From Raillietiella orientalis (lineage: Eukaryota), in contig JAYWIR010000015.1 in assembly GCA_036172245.1 (NCBI GenBank), positions 2,108,001 through 2,172,000 of the forward strand: a stretch of DNA of 64,000 nucleotides. Reading direction: 5' to 3'. A program made the position numbers and the translations under genes. Positions 51,601-64,000 of this stretch are shown in pieces (positions within the stretch are counted from its first letter, which is position 1; each line of letters opens with the position of its first letter). The notes below the pieces were generated by a model, which saw nothing but the letters and a program-made list of their open reading frames with translations, ran no database searches and was not told the DNA's origin.

Positions 51601-54600
51601 ACCTCATAAGTTAATTACAATAACCACATGCTTCGTTTGTTTTCCCGTCTATTTTGGAGAAAAGTTTTAATCAAAAAGTTTGTACATCAAAACATATCAA
51701 AAACACGATAGAAATCCAAATAGCTCTGAAAGAAATACATTGTTGACTTGAGGTTTGTTTCATTCAAAGAATCATTTCATTCTTTAATCAATTACATTAC
51801 TTTCTTGATTTTTGTTTTCAGGCAATTTTTATATCCAATATCAATATTGGTGAAGAATGAATTAAAATGTTAAGATACTTTAAGTATTTGCAAAGTAGTC
51901 TAGACCAACAGTCAATATTTGAAACTGGCATTTTCTCTATTCAAATAGGAACTGAAACGTTAAAAAAATCCACTTAGATGGAATACCAATAATAAAAATT
52001 GCACAAACTATTACGATAATTTTGCTAAATTTTACGAGTTAATTGGTAATAAACGAACCTGGCTGAATCGAAAACACAAACTGTTTTTCTTGCAAGAACC
52101 GTTGCAGTTTGAAATCCATCTGCGAGTAAAAGAATCTCGCAAATATCATTTATATTTACATAAAAAATGGCTATTGAGCAGAACAATTGTTGCACATTTC
52201 CTGGTAATCTTTGACGACCTTGATAATGCTGATCTGCAGGATTCATGGTAACAAATATCCCTGCATTGTGATTTACGTTTATCTGAATCAAATTCAGAAA
52301 AATAAAGAAACGAGAAAATGGATTTTACCATTTGGTTTTGTAACAGGACTTGATTTTTATGAAATAAAAGCGCCTCCTGAATTGATTGAATTTGTACAGT
52401 AATAACAGACATTACTCCTTCTTCCAATCTGTTAAACTCATCAAAACACCCCCAGGCTCCACACTTAATGATTCCTATGAATATACGACTGATAGCAGTA
52501 GCATCCAAGCCTTCATCACAATTAAACACAAGTACATGACGGCCCAAAATTCTTCCAAGTTCCTTGACAGTTTCTGTCTTTCCTGTGCCTGCTGGTCCAT
52601 GCAAACTACCACCCATTCCAAAAAACATGGCTTGAGCAAGAGACAAAAAACAGTTATCCATTAAAGATGTATGCACTAGATGAGATGAACAGGCCTGATA
52701 TTCATAACTATACAAAAATTCAGCATCGACTGTCCTTATGACAACTAACTTATTGTCATTCACATAAAACCGCAATTGCTTCTGCCATATCCACTCATCA
52801 ATTTGATTAACGTGGTCAGCGCATAAAGACTCAACTATGCGAATACGATGAACAAGATCTAATATCAAAGCCTTCAATTTGAGAATGAAACTGATACTCG
52901 AATCCAAATTTCGTGCATGTAAATTGGTAAGTCTATCAAGCTGTTCTTTAAGTTCTTTCAAAAACTCTGTTAATAAGTTATTTTGAATGCTTGTTTCACA
53001 TTTCTGTGTGAACCACACTGCCTCTGACAAAGTTAGTATCTGAAGAGGGAATTGTTGCAAGCTCTGTTCATCAGTTGTACTTAGCTCTAAACATTCAAGA
53101 AACATGATCTGTAACGTTTGTTGCACTTCATTGGCAAAACGTGACAACCACACCTAAAAACAGGTGAAAAATTATTGAAAAAGAGAAATTACGGTATACT
53201 TCAGCATCTGGCTCCATTTTAACTGAACTTTTTAAGGGAAGCAATTCATCTTCCTCGGATCTGATACCAACAATATGTTGATGAAGAGGTTCTCTACCTA
53301 ATTCAATTTTACAAACACCAGGAAATATCTTTTTCAAATGAGTTTGTATGATTTCCGGTTGAGTAGACTGACCAAGAATTTCAAGCAAATCGTCATCACT
53401 TATGAAATAAAATCTTGGAAATAGCTGTCTCTTATTCTGATGAAAAAAGAGTGCATCACTCTGCATTTTTGAATACCTACTTCCAGAAAGACGTGCAGAC
53501 GTTTCTGACTATGGTCCAGTTGAAACTGTAAAGATAATAATAGATTTCGAGCATCTGGAATATCTAATAATGATAACACATTGTGGGTAGTATACAAAGA
53601 CTCCAACAAATAGTTCAACTCCGAGGTACACCGTAAAAATGATTCATTGATATCTTTTTCTGGAATCAGATGACATCCGAAAACTGGTTCTAAATAACGC
53701 CATCTTGAGAAATAAGAAAATGTTTCAATACATAATATGTTTAAGGATAGATCAGATTGACTCACTTTCTTTGAATTTCATTGAGAAGATGTAAATATTC
53801 ATCCAGTTGAGCAAGCCTGATTTCCCATGCTTTGACCATATCATTAAGCTGACTTGAAAAAGCACAATTACATACACAAAACAACTGCACTTCTAGATCT
53901 CCAATCTGAAGAAAATCAGGTCTATCAAAACAAATCTGATCATGCTATGACTAGTTACTTTGTTAAACAGGCTTTTCCAATCTGTAACTAAATATACTAC
54001 ATGGCCATTAAATTTTGTATATTCTTCCATCCGAATAGAATTATCTGCTGCCCATCTCTCAATTACTGCGAGCACTCTTCGGATTTCTGCTTCATTTTGT
54101 GAAAGTCTATTTAATTCCTTCAAGAAAGATAATGTGAAGTCAAAAATTTTGAGATGACAATTTCTCCATTCTGGAGATGATGATATAATAATTGAATTCA
54201 GTAAAAAGGTGTGCGTTCCAAATAAAATTAAATACAAATCGGAATATTTTAGAATCTATAAATGAGACTTTTCTACTCGAATCATCAGTAAAACCACGGA
54301 TTTAAGAAAAAACAAACTCCAGAATAGTTTTGTGACAAAGTGTAGGGGAAAAAAAAAAACCTGTATATGCAAGCAAGATATAAATAGCACAGAATACAAT
54401 CAAATGTTCATTCATAAAGCTTAAATACATATGAAGCCCTAAACATTTTTTAAGAGAGCAAGGTCTCAAAAACGAAAGTTGTACTGACATGATTTGATGC
54501 GTTTTATCTGCAAAACAATGCAAAACTAAATTGTGGAAAAAGGGAAAATACAGGTCCAAATTCTAGCAATAACACTCTAAGTAGATGGAAACAAATGTTC

Positions 54601-57600
54601 TACATTAATAAGGTACTCACTTTAAGTTGTTCTTGGTGAAGTCTGATTTCTGAAGACACTAGCAGAATATCGGAAAAAGAAAGACTAGCAACCTCAGTAT
54701 TTGAAGGAATTCCAATTAAACTAAAACATTCTGACCAATGGAGTTCCGCAAATGTCTCACCTTTCAAAAGGGGTAACAAAGGTAGGATCATCTAAAGGCA
54801 AAAGCATTAATTCATGTCAAAAAGTACAAACTGTTGCTTTACATGCCTTATAGTTTTGAATGTCTTCTAAGATATATTTGCTAACAGGCAGTGATTCCTT
54901 TAATGGCATTATTTTGTCAGACCAATCCAAAAGGAATTTTTCAAAGGTATTAATTCGTTTTCTAAATGACAACCAATCAGTCTGTCCCAATTTCTGCAGA
55001 TCTGGAAAATGCCACTTATATGTGGTAACATAATTTATTGTTTCGAGAGTTATTTATTCTCAAATGAACAAAATTTGAGTAGGAAGATGTAACGCTATCC
55101 CTAAAAGGATAACATGGATCCTCACGATAGCACAGACATTCTACATCAAAATGGATATAACTGATCTATCTATACATTCTATCTCTCATAAGATAAGCTC
55201 TTAAATAAAGTTCACAAATCTTCAGCATATCAACTTATTACAATGAATGTCTTATAGTGTAAACACATTAAGCATTCAGATTTGTAACATAAAATTAATT
55301 ACTACTAATAATGATGGCACCAAACAGAGCATGAAGCATTCAGAGCACCAATTATGAAAATTCCCACAAAAAATATCCTTATGATCAGATTCCATCTTAG
55401 GAACAAAACTAATTCGTAGCAGTACAAATCGCAAAAGTACCTGAACTGAAATCGCTATAGAGTTTCCAGTTTTCATGCGTGTTTTCTACATTAGTATTCA
55501 TTTCTGCTAGCTCCACATGAAGAGGTTCCATTCCAATATTTTCCAGTTTATGACTACAATGCGACAAACTATCATTCAAAGACTTTACTAATCTTATAAA
55601 TGCCTGAGATCATTTTTTGTCTGAAGAATAGCCTGCCAATCGATATACAGAAGTTGAATAGTAGAAAAACTTTTGAATAACTCTTCTTTGCTACATTCCG
55701 AAGTTAAGGTCCTTGCCATGATTTCCCAATTATTTCTGAATGTCTCCACAGCTGATTCAAATTTACACACGTCTGCAGTAACTGTTCTTTTGACTGTGTC
55801 CATCTAATAATGAAACATTATCTTTCAAATGCATTAAGCTGCAATACTTGTTCTCTAAAGATTCGTTTGAGCTTTTCATGATCTTGATTATGACTGTTCC
55901 AGATTCTTTCAATCCTTTCAAGGTATTCAGTATGTGTTCCATCGTAATTTTCTAAAATGGAATATTTCTCTTTTGTTTCTTCAACAGTCATTGCAAACTG
56001 TTGTGCAATATAATATTATGGCATTCAAAAGATGACAGAAAACCTTTTTTTCCTCCTTCAGCAATATCTGATAGAACGCTGTTAACTGTTCAAACTCATC
56101 TTTACATTTCAGATTTTCATTTAGAAAATCTGAGTAATGAGCAACAAACTGCTCAATCTCACTAACTGCGTTTACGATGGATTTAGATAAGGTTGATATG
56201 AGCAAATCCCAATAATATGCATACAGGCGTTGCAACTCGGCATGTAACAGAGAAAATGATACACAGAAACATGCAACTTGTTGATTTGAACTTCAAGAAA
56301 AAAAATAAGAAAATGTATTATTACTAACTTGAAAATTAACTTTTTACCTTGGAATTTTCGAAATTTCATGTGCAAAAAATGTGGCTGCCTTGAAATTTAT
56401 TTTCCAATCATCAGGTTTTTGCAAGTGAATTTCTGCAAGATACTGGAGATCAACAGCACCTAAAGCCGCCAAACCAACGAACTTGTTTTTGAAATTCATC
56501 AAAACTGGAAAGAAGTTTTCAACAGTTTCATAAACAGATGAAAGCAACTTCTTGTTTCTGAACAGAACACATTTAGAGAATGTACATTCAACTGCCCCTT
56601 ACTTGTCCAATACATTAGTAAATAATCTAACTTGAGATCTGTCAGTAAATCCCTTGCAATTTATGGGAATCATAATCAGTTTTCTTACTTCTTGATAGCA
56701 AAGAAATTTCACTTCTTCTATAGGTGGATAAAATTGTAAGGTGCCATGCCTATTAATATTAAATAATAATTACAACAGTTTATGTAATCTTACCTTAAAA
56801 CCAAAGATACATCTAATACAGGGAAATATCTTTCTATGTGCCTTAATCCGATCTGATATTGCCAATCAAGAACTTTGGATAACTGCACATTCCAATGACT
56901 TTTCCAAGCTTGTTGATCACAGTACTCATTTTGTTCCAATTCAGTCATTAGCTCACGAATACGCTGAATCTCAATTTTCCACTTTTCAAAGTGTTGAAAC
57001 AAGTCCAAATCAAGCAAAGAGGCCATTCTCGCACAAATCTGATGATGATAATGCATTAACTTGTTGTTATCTATTGCTAAACGTTCAGCAGCTTTTTCGA
57101 GTTCAAGAATACATTGTTCTACACTCTCTAAATTCATCCAAGTAATTCTTGTCTGCTCATCAATGAGATGAGAAAAAACTTTGGATGATTTCAACATCAT
57201 TGGACGCTGTGAAGGTATCATCCTTTGACCAATGGTATTATGAAAAACAACAATCTAATAAGAATACTCTATAAAGTAATTATATGACCAAGTCTACATT
57301 ATTTACTCTCTCAAGAGTTCTAGCATGACTTGAAAATTTTTTGGCTTCTTCAGCTACAGAAGTGATTTGCATGGGAACTTGGAATCCCAAGGACGACAAC
57401 TGTCTTACATCTTGAATAAGAACTGCTAATTGGCTGTCATAATTAATGCTTATGCGTTGGTCGTGTTTAAAGGAGATCATAGGTTTGTCCAAAAGTAAAC
57501 TAAACAGCTGTCTAAGAAAAAACAATTCAATACCTTCATACCCAAAATTTTTCGTTTTAATTTTGTTGATAATATAAGCAACCCAAGATTGGAAATAAAT

Positions 57601-60600
57601 TTGTCTAGAGTTTTGAATATGTTTCAACAAGTCTTGCATTGTTTCATTCACTGAAGCAAACTTGTTCTCATCGCTGAAGCCAAGAGTTAGTATTTTGCTC
57701 AGGTATTCCATCTATGAAAAGATTAATATATAAGTTAAGACAATAAGAAATGATCATGTGAAAATATGACCACTGAGAAAAACAATTCAGTGCAAAAACA
57801 TTTTCTCAAATTGAGTAATAGAACTTTTTCAATATTTCCATTATTCAGTTGGATCAGATCATTTGCGAATTGTCTTCCCAAGAGGTTTTACGACTAAACA
57901 ACAACATTACTTTGTACACAACCAGTGCAACTGCTTACTTCCTTTTCACCAATTAAACTATTCATGAAAAAAATTGGTAAGTTCCGATTTTTAGGTAATA
58001 AGGACAAGGTAATCTAATGACAAAAACTAAACTGAAGGAAAAAACTTGAAGAAAATAAAAATACAGAAATAGCACAAAATAAAGAAAGAAATGAGACAGC
58101 TTCAAATCTTTAGATATTTTTCCCGAATATTTTATTTTGCATCACATGTGTAGAATAATCTGAGATTTAGACCAGAGAAAACAAGAATTCACTTCATGAA
58201 ATAATAATCTGAAAACTAAGCTCAAGACTAATCAAAAATTAGTGTTCCCTAGATCCCAGTTTGATTAATGCACATCTTATCTAGATCTCATTTATTTTAT
58301 TTTTTTTTATGATTCTTGAACTTCACAGGTGAAAGCCTTAAAAAATAAGAAAATATTGTCTTGCATAAGCTTAATGACTAATTTTGTCTTAGGGACAGGA
58401 AAACACTGTATTATTGGTAATAGTTACCAAGATTTCTAAAGCATCAAATTTTCCCAAATTTTCCATTATAACATTCTTAATTGCTGAGACTGTAAATACC
58501 AAAATATTGGAAACGAAAACTAAAAGTTCCTTAATGAAACTTTTAGTGTTTATTTCCTTGAAACAAAAATTCATCTTGGGAAAAAATGAAATTTTAATTG
58601 TTTCTTACTCTGAACAAAATGTTACAGTGTAGGAATGAAGAAAAATAAACTCAGAATTTAAGAAAACTATGAACAATTGTTATGATTTCTTGCCTTTAAA
58701 AAATGATACACAAAAAGTACGAGATCCTCGTGAATACCAAATCTTTAGAAATACATAAACATAACTGAAAAGAGCTTTCTTTCAAATTTTAACAACCAGA
58801 TGACTGCAGTAAATGTACACTAAGTAGCAAGGAGTTTTCAGCAAAAAATACCATCATATGTCAAGATTCAAAATTCTTCAAAGGCTTTCTAAAGGTGCTA
58901 TTTAATTATAAGAGACTATCACTTAATTGCAATTAAGTGTAAAAACAAAAGTAATAAAGAAACCAAACCTTTCTGATCTAATTTCATTATCTACCCCACT
59001 TCTAACTCTACTGTTGCAAAAACCCTGCATTAAAGACTCAGGGATGAAGTTGAATTAAGATAAAAACAATGAAAGAAAAAAAAAGTCAAGGTACCAACAC
59101 AAATTTTCAAATTGGCAAAACATGAAAATCAACTGGTTGAGAAATTGAAAAACACAAATTGATCAAACTAGCTCAAGGAACAAGTAGATTAGACTATTCA
59201 GAGAAAGAATGTATTGTCTCATGTACAATCAAATACAGCAATGTAGTGTAAGGATAGATAATCCCATAGAGTGAAAAGACCAAAAGCTTGGATTAAGATT
59301 ATTTAAAACGTTTTAAACATAAATTATTTTAAACATGAAAAAAAAATTGGGGGTTAAAAATGAAGATGTAAACATTCTTCAGCATGATTGGTTCTGAAGC
59401 ATCAACCTCTTTGGAAATCAGAAAACGCCATTACAACCATCAATCACAAAAATTAAAAAAATGATAGCCTTCATAAATTTATACAATAGTGACAAAGAAC
59501 ACTTAATGCATATTGAGTCAGCAGTAACTGTTTTCACTATACCAAATTCAAGGTCCAATATTGTCAATGTAATTGGAATTAAAAAATGAATGATGAACTG
59601 AACGACTAACCATTTTGCATTGGGTCTGAAGTACTACTTTAAAATAATCAAACTGAATGTAACCATGGCAGAAATAACTCATGATAATACATTGAAATAG
59701 CCATGCATCGGAATAATGGGATGCATAAAGGTTCAGCTCCACAAAAAATTCACTAAGTCTTATATTTTTCAATTCTTTAAATATTTAGCTTTTTTCTACA
59801 ATCTCCAAAATCAAAAACCGTTTGATTAAAGTTGGATAAGCAACTGTTTACTTCAAACATTTTTACTTCAAACTTCAGTTTCACAACCTGTTCTGTTTAA
59901 AGCAAACTCCCGATGAATTCTTCAAAATATATTCAATATCATGATTGTAAAAGCTTATATATTTTGAATAACCGAATTAAATTAATATAAATATTGAGTT
60001 GACATCACAAATAAAAGAAAAAAAAAACAAGCACTATAAAAGGAAATAGTTGATGGAAACAAAAAATACTTTTCAGAAATTCTCCTGCTGTCATTCTAAA
60101 CTGAAGATGCTCAAAGAGATCCTGGACTCCAAAATCAATCTCAAGTTTGCATGCACATTAATTGAATGTAAATGAAAGTCTGTAGGTCATTCAATTCAAA
60201 AATCCATCCATTTCTGGATGAACAATTCAAAACAAAAAAAAATTCGAATGTTTAACCAAATGCAAGTCAATGAAAAAATGAACAGAAAAAACAAATTTCA
60301 TGAAATTGCACGTATACCCTAATTCTAATTTGCTCCAAATGCATGATGGAACTGACAGTGAGTTCTACAGCATTCTTAAGATTTTCTTGTTGTAGTTCTT
60401 CCCTAGCATCACATATGTAGGAAACAATGTGATCAAGAAAAGCATCTCTTTCAGGTGCCAAGTGAGACTTGATTCCATCTAACAGAGTTACATCTGCAAA
60501 TTTGCAAAACTGATCTGCAATCTAAAAAACAATCAAAAACTAAATCCTCAGCAAAAAACTGACCTTGAAAATGTTTTCTTTACTGTTGGTCAGTAGTTGT

Positions 60601-62501
60601 TGCAGAACACTGCACAACAATGGAAATGATGATTGTAACATCAAATGAAATTGTTGGACAGCAGCAGTCCATAAAGGTTCCAAGTATGAAGAGCACAATA
60701 AAAAATTTGAACCTTTAAATGGATTAAACAGCTGATTTAATTTCAGACGTTCATGCTCCTCACTAGGGACTAACTGAAGCACTTGTTGATGAATTCTGCG
60801 TAATGCTAAAATCTGTAGAAAATTGTGTTTAACTTATGAATATTCAGTAGATGCACCTTATATGCTGATGCCAGTGTCATATATAGTAAAGTGCAAAATA
60901 ACGCTAATCTAACGTAGTTCCCTTAGATTAGGAGCATGCTCAAGTATATTAGTGCAGCCTCATCATAGTTGGTGACATAACAAGACATGTGCTAATGTAC
61001 CTGTTTATAACGCATACACATCTGTTCAATCTGATGTGGTTTATAAGCACCACCCTGCCATTTATAAGCTTCACAAGCTGGCCAAAATACTGAAGTTAGT
61101 TCACAACACACATCCTGCCAATGCTGACACACATTCATCATCCTGCATAACTTTTCTTGTACATGATTGTACACATCACTCCAAATAGAAAGCCCCTCTA
61201 ATTCATGATAAATTCTGCTGGCCAGAGTAGTACCTTTAAAAAAAAAAATTCATAGCACCAAAGGCACTGAAGTTCTTATTCACGAGCTTTGAAATCACTT
61301 TATTGAATACAGTACACATCATGCTCATTCTTATACCAAAAAGATCCAAAAGAATTTGCATCCTTTTTTGTGAGTATAATGGTGAAGATAATTTCCAAAG
61401 TTTATCCAATATTTCTTGTGTACTGACAATCAATTGTTCTAGGTCCATCCCCGAATTACACTGATAAGCAGCCACTAAAGGTTTCAGTAAAAACAATGAC
61501 TGCCTGGCATCTTCCTTGCTGCTTTCCTCTGATGTATGGCTTTCATATATACTCTCCAAATAATCAATTTCTTCCCTGAGACATATGAACTCTACAAAGC
61601 ATACTAACAATAATGCAGCAATTAATATTTAAATGATACCTTCATATTTTGTAGCATCAGCATTTGCTTTAATAATTTTCCTAAGACTATCTTCAAGTTG
61701 CTGAACCTGTAGCTGCATTTCTGGGCTTAAAATCTGACTCCACGGCCCATCCTATACCCAAAACAAACAATAAAGACGCAATATAAAGAAAGGATTTCCC
61801 ACAAATAAATATGTTTTATACCACCAACCTGCAACAATAATGGGCAATAAATTCTGTGCAACACACAATATAAAGTAGCAACTGGAGATCCGAACATAGA
61901 AGACACTAAAATATCATGGTGGATTCTATTTGGCTGAATAACCACTGCTTTATTTTTAAAAAAAATTAAAACTTTATCAACATTCCCGTCCATAAACAGC
62001 TACAAAGAAAAAACAATTAATTAAAACACAAATACATATCACTTTAATTATGTGTATGACAAAGATTTTGTGCAACTAAATTAGCTACAAAAAAATCAAC
62101 GAATAGAAAAAACTATAACCAATCTTTTCAGTGATGGGAAACTCAGATTTAAGAAGGTAAACCCTGACTACACTGCTTTCCAAATATCACGCATTTCCAA
62201 AGAACTGTATCGTATCTCTTTTTATTGCATGAACCATATCTTATCATATCTTATTTCATTTTAAGCAATCTTACCGTTATATCCAGTGTCAAATTCTTTG
62301 GGTTTTGCTCGTAATGTGCTACCAACGTTACGGCATCACTGGTATCCAAAAACTTCTCCAAATATGGATTAGATATCAAATTGGAAACGCACGGTTCATC
62401 GGGGAAAATGCAAAAATAATTGGCTAAAAGAAACACTCTTCACTACTTGACGTAATATACTTACCAATAGTGTGTATGATAAACTGCTTTCTATCATCCA
62501 T
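39693..62501 (-). CDS. DYNC2H1: Cytoplasmic dynein-2 heavy chain (IFT retrograde motor), multi-exon, about 55-60 introns
   Basis: Spliced N-terminus [16 protein letters not shown]...DKVLIFFK...[15 protein letters not shown] and tail motif [10 protein letters not shown] match dynein-2 HC. P-loops: AAA1 GPAGTGKT with [13 protein letters not shown]2 [11 protein letters not shown]3 GPRACGK, AAA4 GTSGVGRK. Also [33 protein letters not shown], stalk/[15 protein letters not shown]...[20 protein letters not shown] and [12 protein letters not shown] at 62499-62501, stop TAA at 39693-39695 after [12 protein letters not shown]. Exons could be joined by eye with GT(GC)-AG introns. Confidence 0.95.
43662..43682 (-). 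CDS. 21-nt phase-0 microexon (LIDLPSK) of the dynein-2 heavy chain
   Basis: Minus strand reads ...CATTGCTTTCAG|CTTATTGATTTACCATCAAAG|GTGAGT. It lies between the exon ending VILQ (donor at 43729) and the exon starting [11 protein letters not shown] (acceptor at 43585), with flanking introns of 47 and 77 nt. Confidence 0.75.
46590..46634. repeat. Perfect 20-bp-stem hairpin in a large dynein intron
   Basis: TTACTTTAAAGCTGATTTTG-TGTTC-CAAAATCAGCTTTAAAGTAA. Confidence 0.9.
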
Positions 62502-64000
62502 CGTTAAAGGGACACCTCATGTTTATGCTTCCGTAAGACCTACACCATTAAACATACGCTTCGTCGAGAGAATTTTTGTTTCTTTTTGTCTTCTTGAAAA
62601 AGGAATATGAATTGAATGGATATATACTGACTTATACCATTATGTACGAGGACGTTACACAAATACAACGATCTCACACGGGAACGTTGGCTTCGATGCA
62701 CACTGGCCCAACACATTTTATGCACGCAACTGAAGATATAATTGACCACTAATCAATACCAGGCAATTATTAGAAATTAAAAATCAGCTTGTTTTCGTTC
62801 GAACCCTTGAGCAAAACCGTGAGCCTCATGGGATTACTCCTGTGCTCATACAAAATATGAAATTTTTAAGCATAACTACAACTTCTAGGCGTACTTCCCA
62901 AAATATCATTGATGAAATCGTTCAATAGATGATAACTGATACTGGAAAGGGACTCACTAGAAATTAATTCCTACTATGAAGATGAGAAGAGAATGAGAAG
63001 TATGGACTTATCTTTTGTTATGTTAAAATAGTTGTATGAAGAAATGAAATATCCAGAGAAGCGTACGACAGGAAGGAAAAAAACAAGCTTATGGGAATGA
63101 GGTGATCATTGAGCTCGATTCTAATCTTAAAAACAAAAACTACTGAATTTGCAGGATGCTTTGCTTCGTGAATTAGAATTCTTATGCAATATGATCTTAA
63201 ATAGCAACTCAGCCTGCCAAAATTTCTCCTTTAGCTGAACATTTGTACACTAACAGGTAATCTTCTCTTTTTTCTTGTCTCTTTTTCTTCAAAAACAAGA
63301 AAATCTTTGGAATCTAAGGAAAATTGTTAGTGTGCTGCTGCTAACTGGATCTGGCCTTTTAGTCAGAAGGATCCATGAGAAACCAAACTCTAACTAAAGC
63401 TATAAGTGCTGCTTCAGTAATCAAGCCCTAACTCTTACCGTGTCTTCTGAGATAATCAGAGTACATGAAATTCATGGTTGGTTGGTTGATACTCAATGGA
63501 AACTGTGATGAAAAATTAATAGCTTAATTTACATCTTGTTGATAGTTGCATATTTCAAACCGAGGACATGTAGAGCAGTGAGAAAAGTTGCTAGTCTATT
63601 CGAGCTTTTTAAAAATATGTATATTATTTTTTTTGTAAAAAAAAAAAAGACAGTTGCTAACGAATTATTATTTGTTTTAAATTTTGGGTGCTAAGGATGG
63701 GCATCACAATGTACTTGTAGTGCTCTTACATTCTGATGTCCATGAAGACCAATATGAAAGTAGCAAATATAAAATTTGATATAAATATCAAATGCAAACC
63801 ATTAATGCAGAATAAGGGCTCATTCCTGAATAGTCACAATATTGCAGTGCTGTTCAAATCCGTTGACTCAGAACGTGGGCGACTGAGAATTGCTTAACAT
63901 GGAAGAAGGTTAAGTTAAGTTGAGTTAACATCATGAATTTTCAAGTACCTCTCTTAAACTATCAGATAACAGCTTGTAATTAAAAACGTGGCCTAAAAAA

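Noticed and set aside
60070..60220. Extra dynein exon inside the 2.6-kb intron
   Set aside because: No dynein-like translation; flanking exons (…EQIRIR | MEYLSK…) join without it.
62502..64000. Divergent gene upstream of dynein
   Set aside because: No recognisable coding similarity or convincing exon structure.

Overview
Eukaryotic (animal-like) genomic DNA in two sharply different halves. About 1-35 kb is a visibly GC-richer, CpG-rich 'graveyard' of roughly 18-19 frameshifted fragments of L1/Tx1-type non-LTR retrotransposons, recognised by degenerate APE endonuclease, RT, thumb, C-terminal CCHC and ORF1 zinc-knuckle motifs; most lie on the minus strand. This half also holds a decayed Merlin/ISXO2-type DDE transposase, an aspartic-protease fragment, a three-copy dispersed repeat, and a U6 snRNA (nt 1-84 only) that keeps a putative upstream promoter motif and runs directly into a LINE. 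A 64-bp inverted repeat pair (34065-34128 / 36092-36155) straddles the compositional boundary. About 39.7-62.5 kb is an AT-rich, apparently intact cytoplasmic dynein-2 heavy chain gene (DYNC2H1/che-3 orthologue, minus strand) with about 55-60 mostly 37-55-nt introns, two GC-AG introns and a 21-nt microexon at the position where I recall a 7-aa vertebrate DYNC2H1 microexon. Most short ORFs in the supplied track are spurious or are pieces of these elements. Retroelement boundaries are approximate (by-eye translation).
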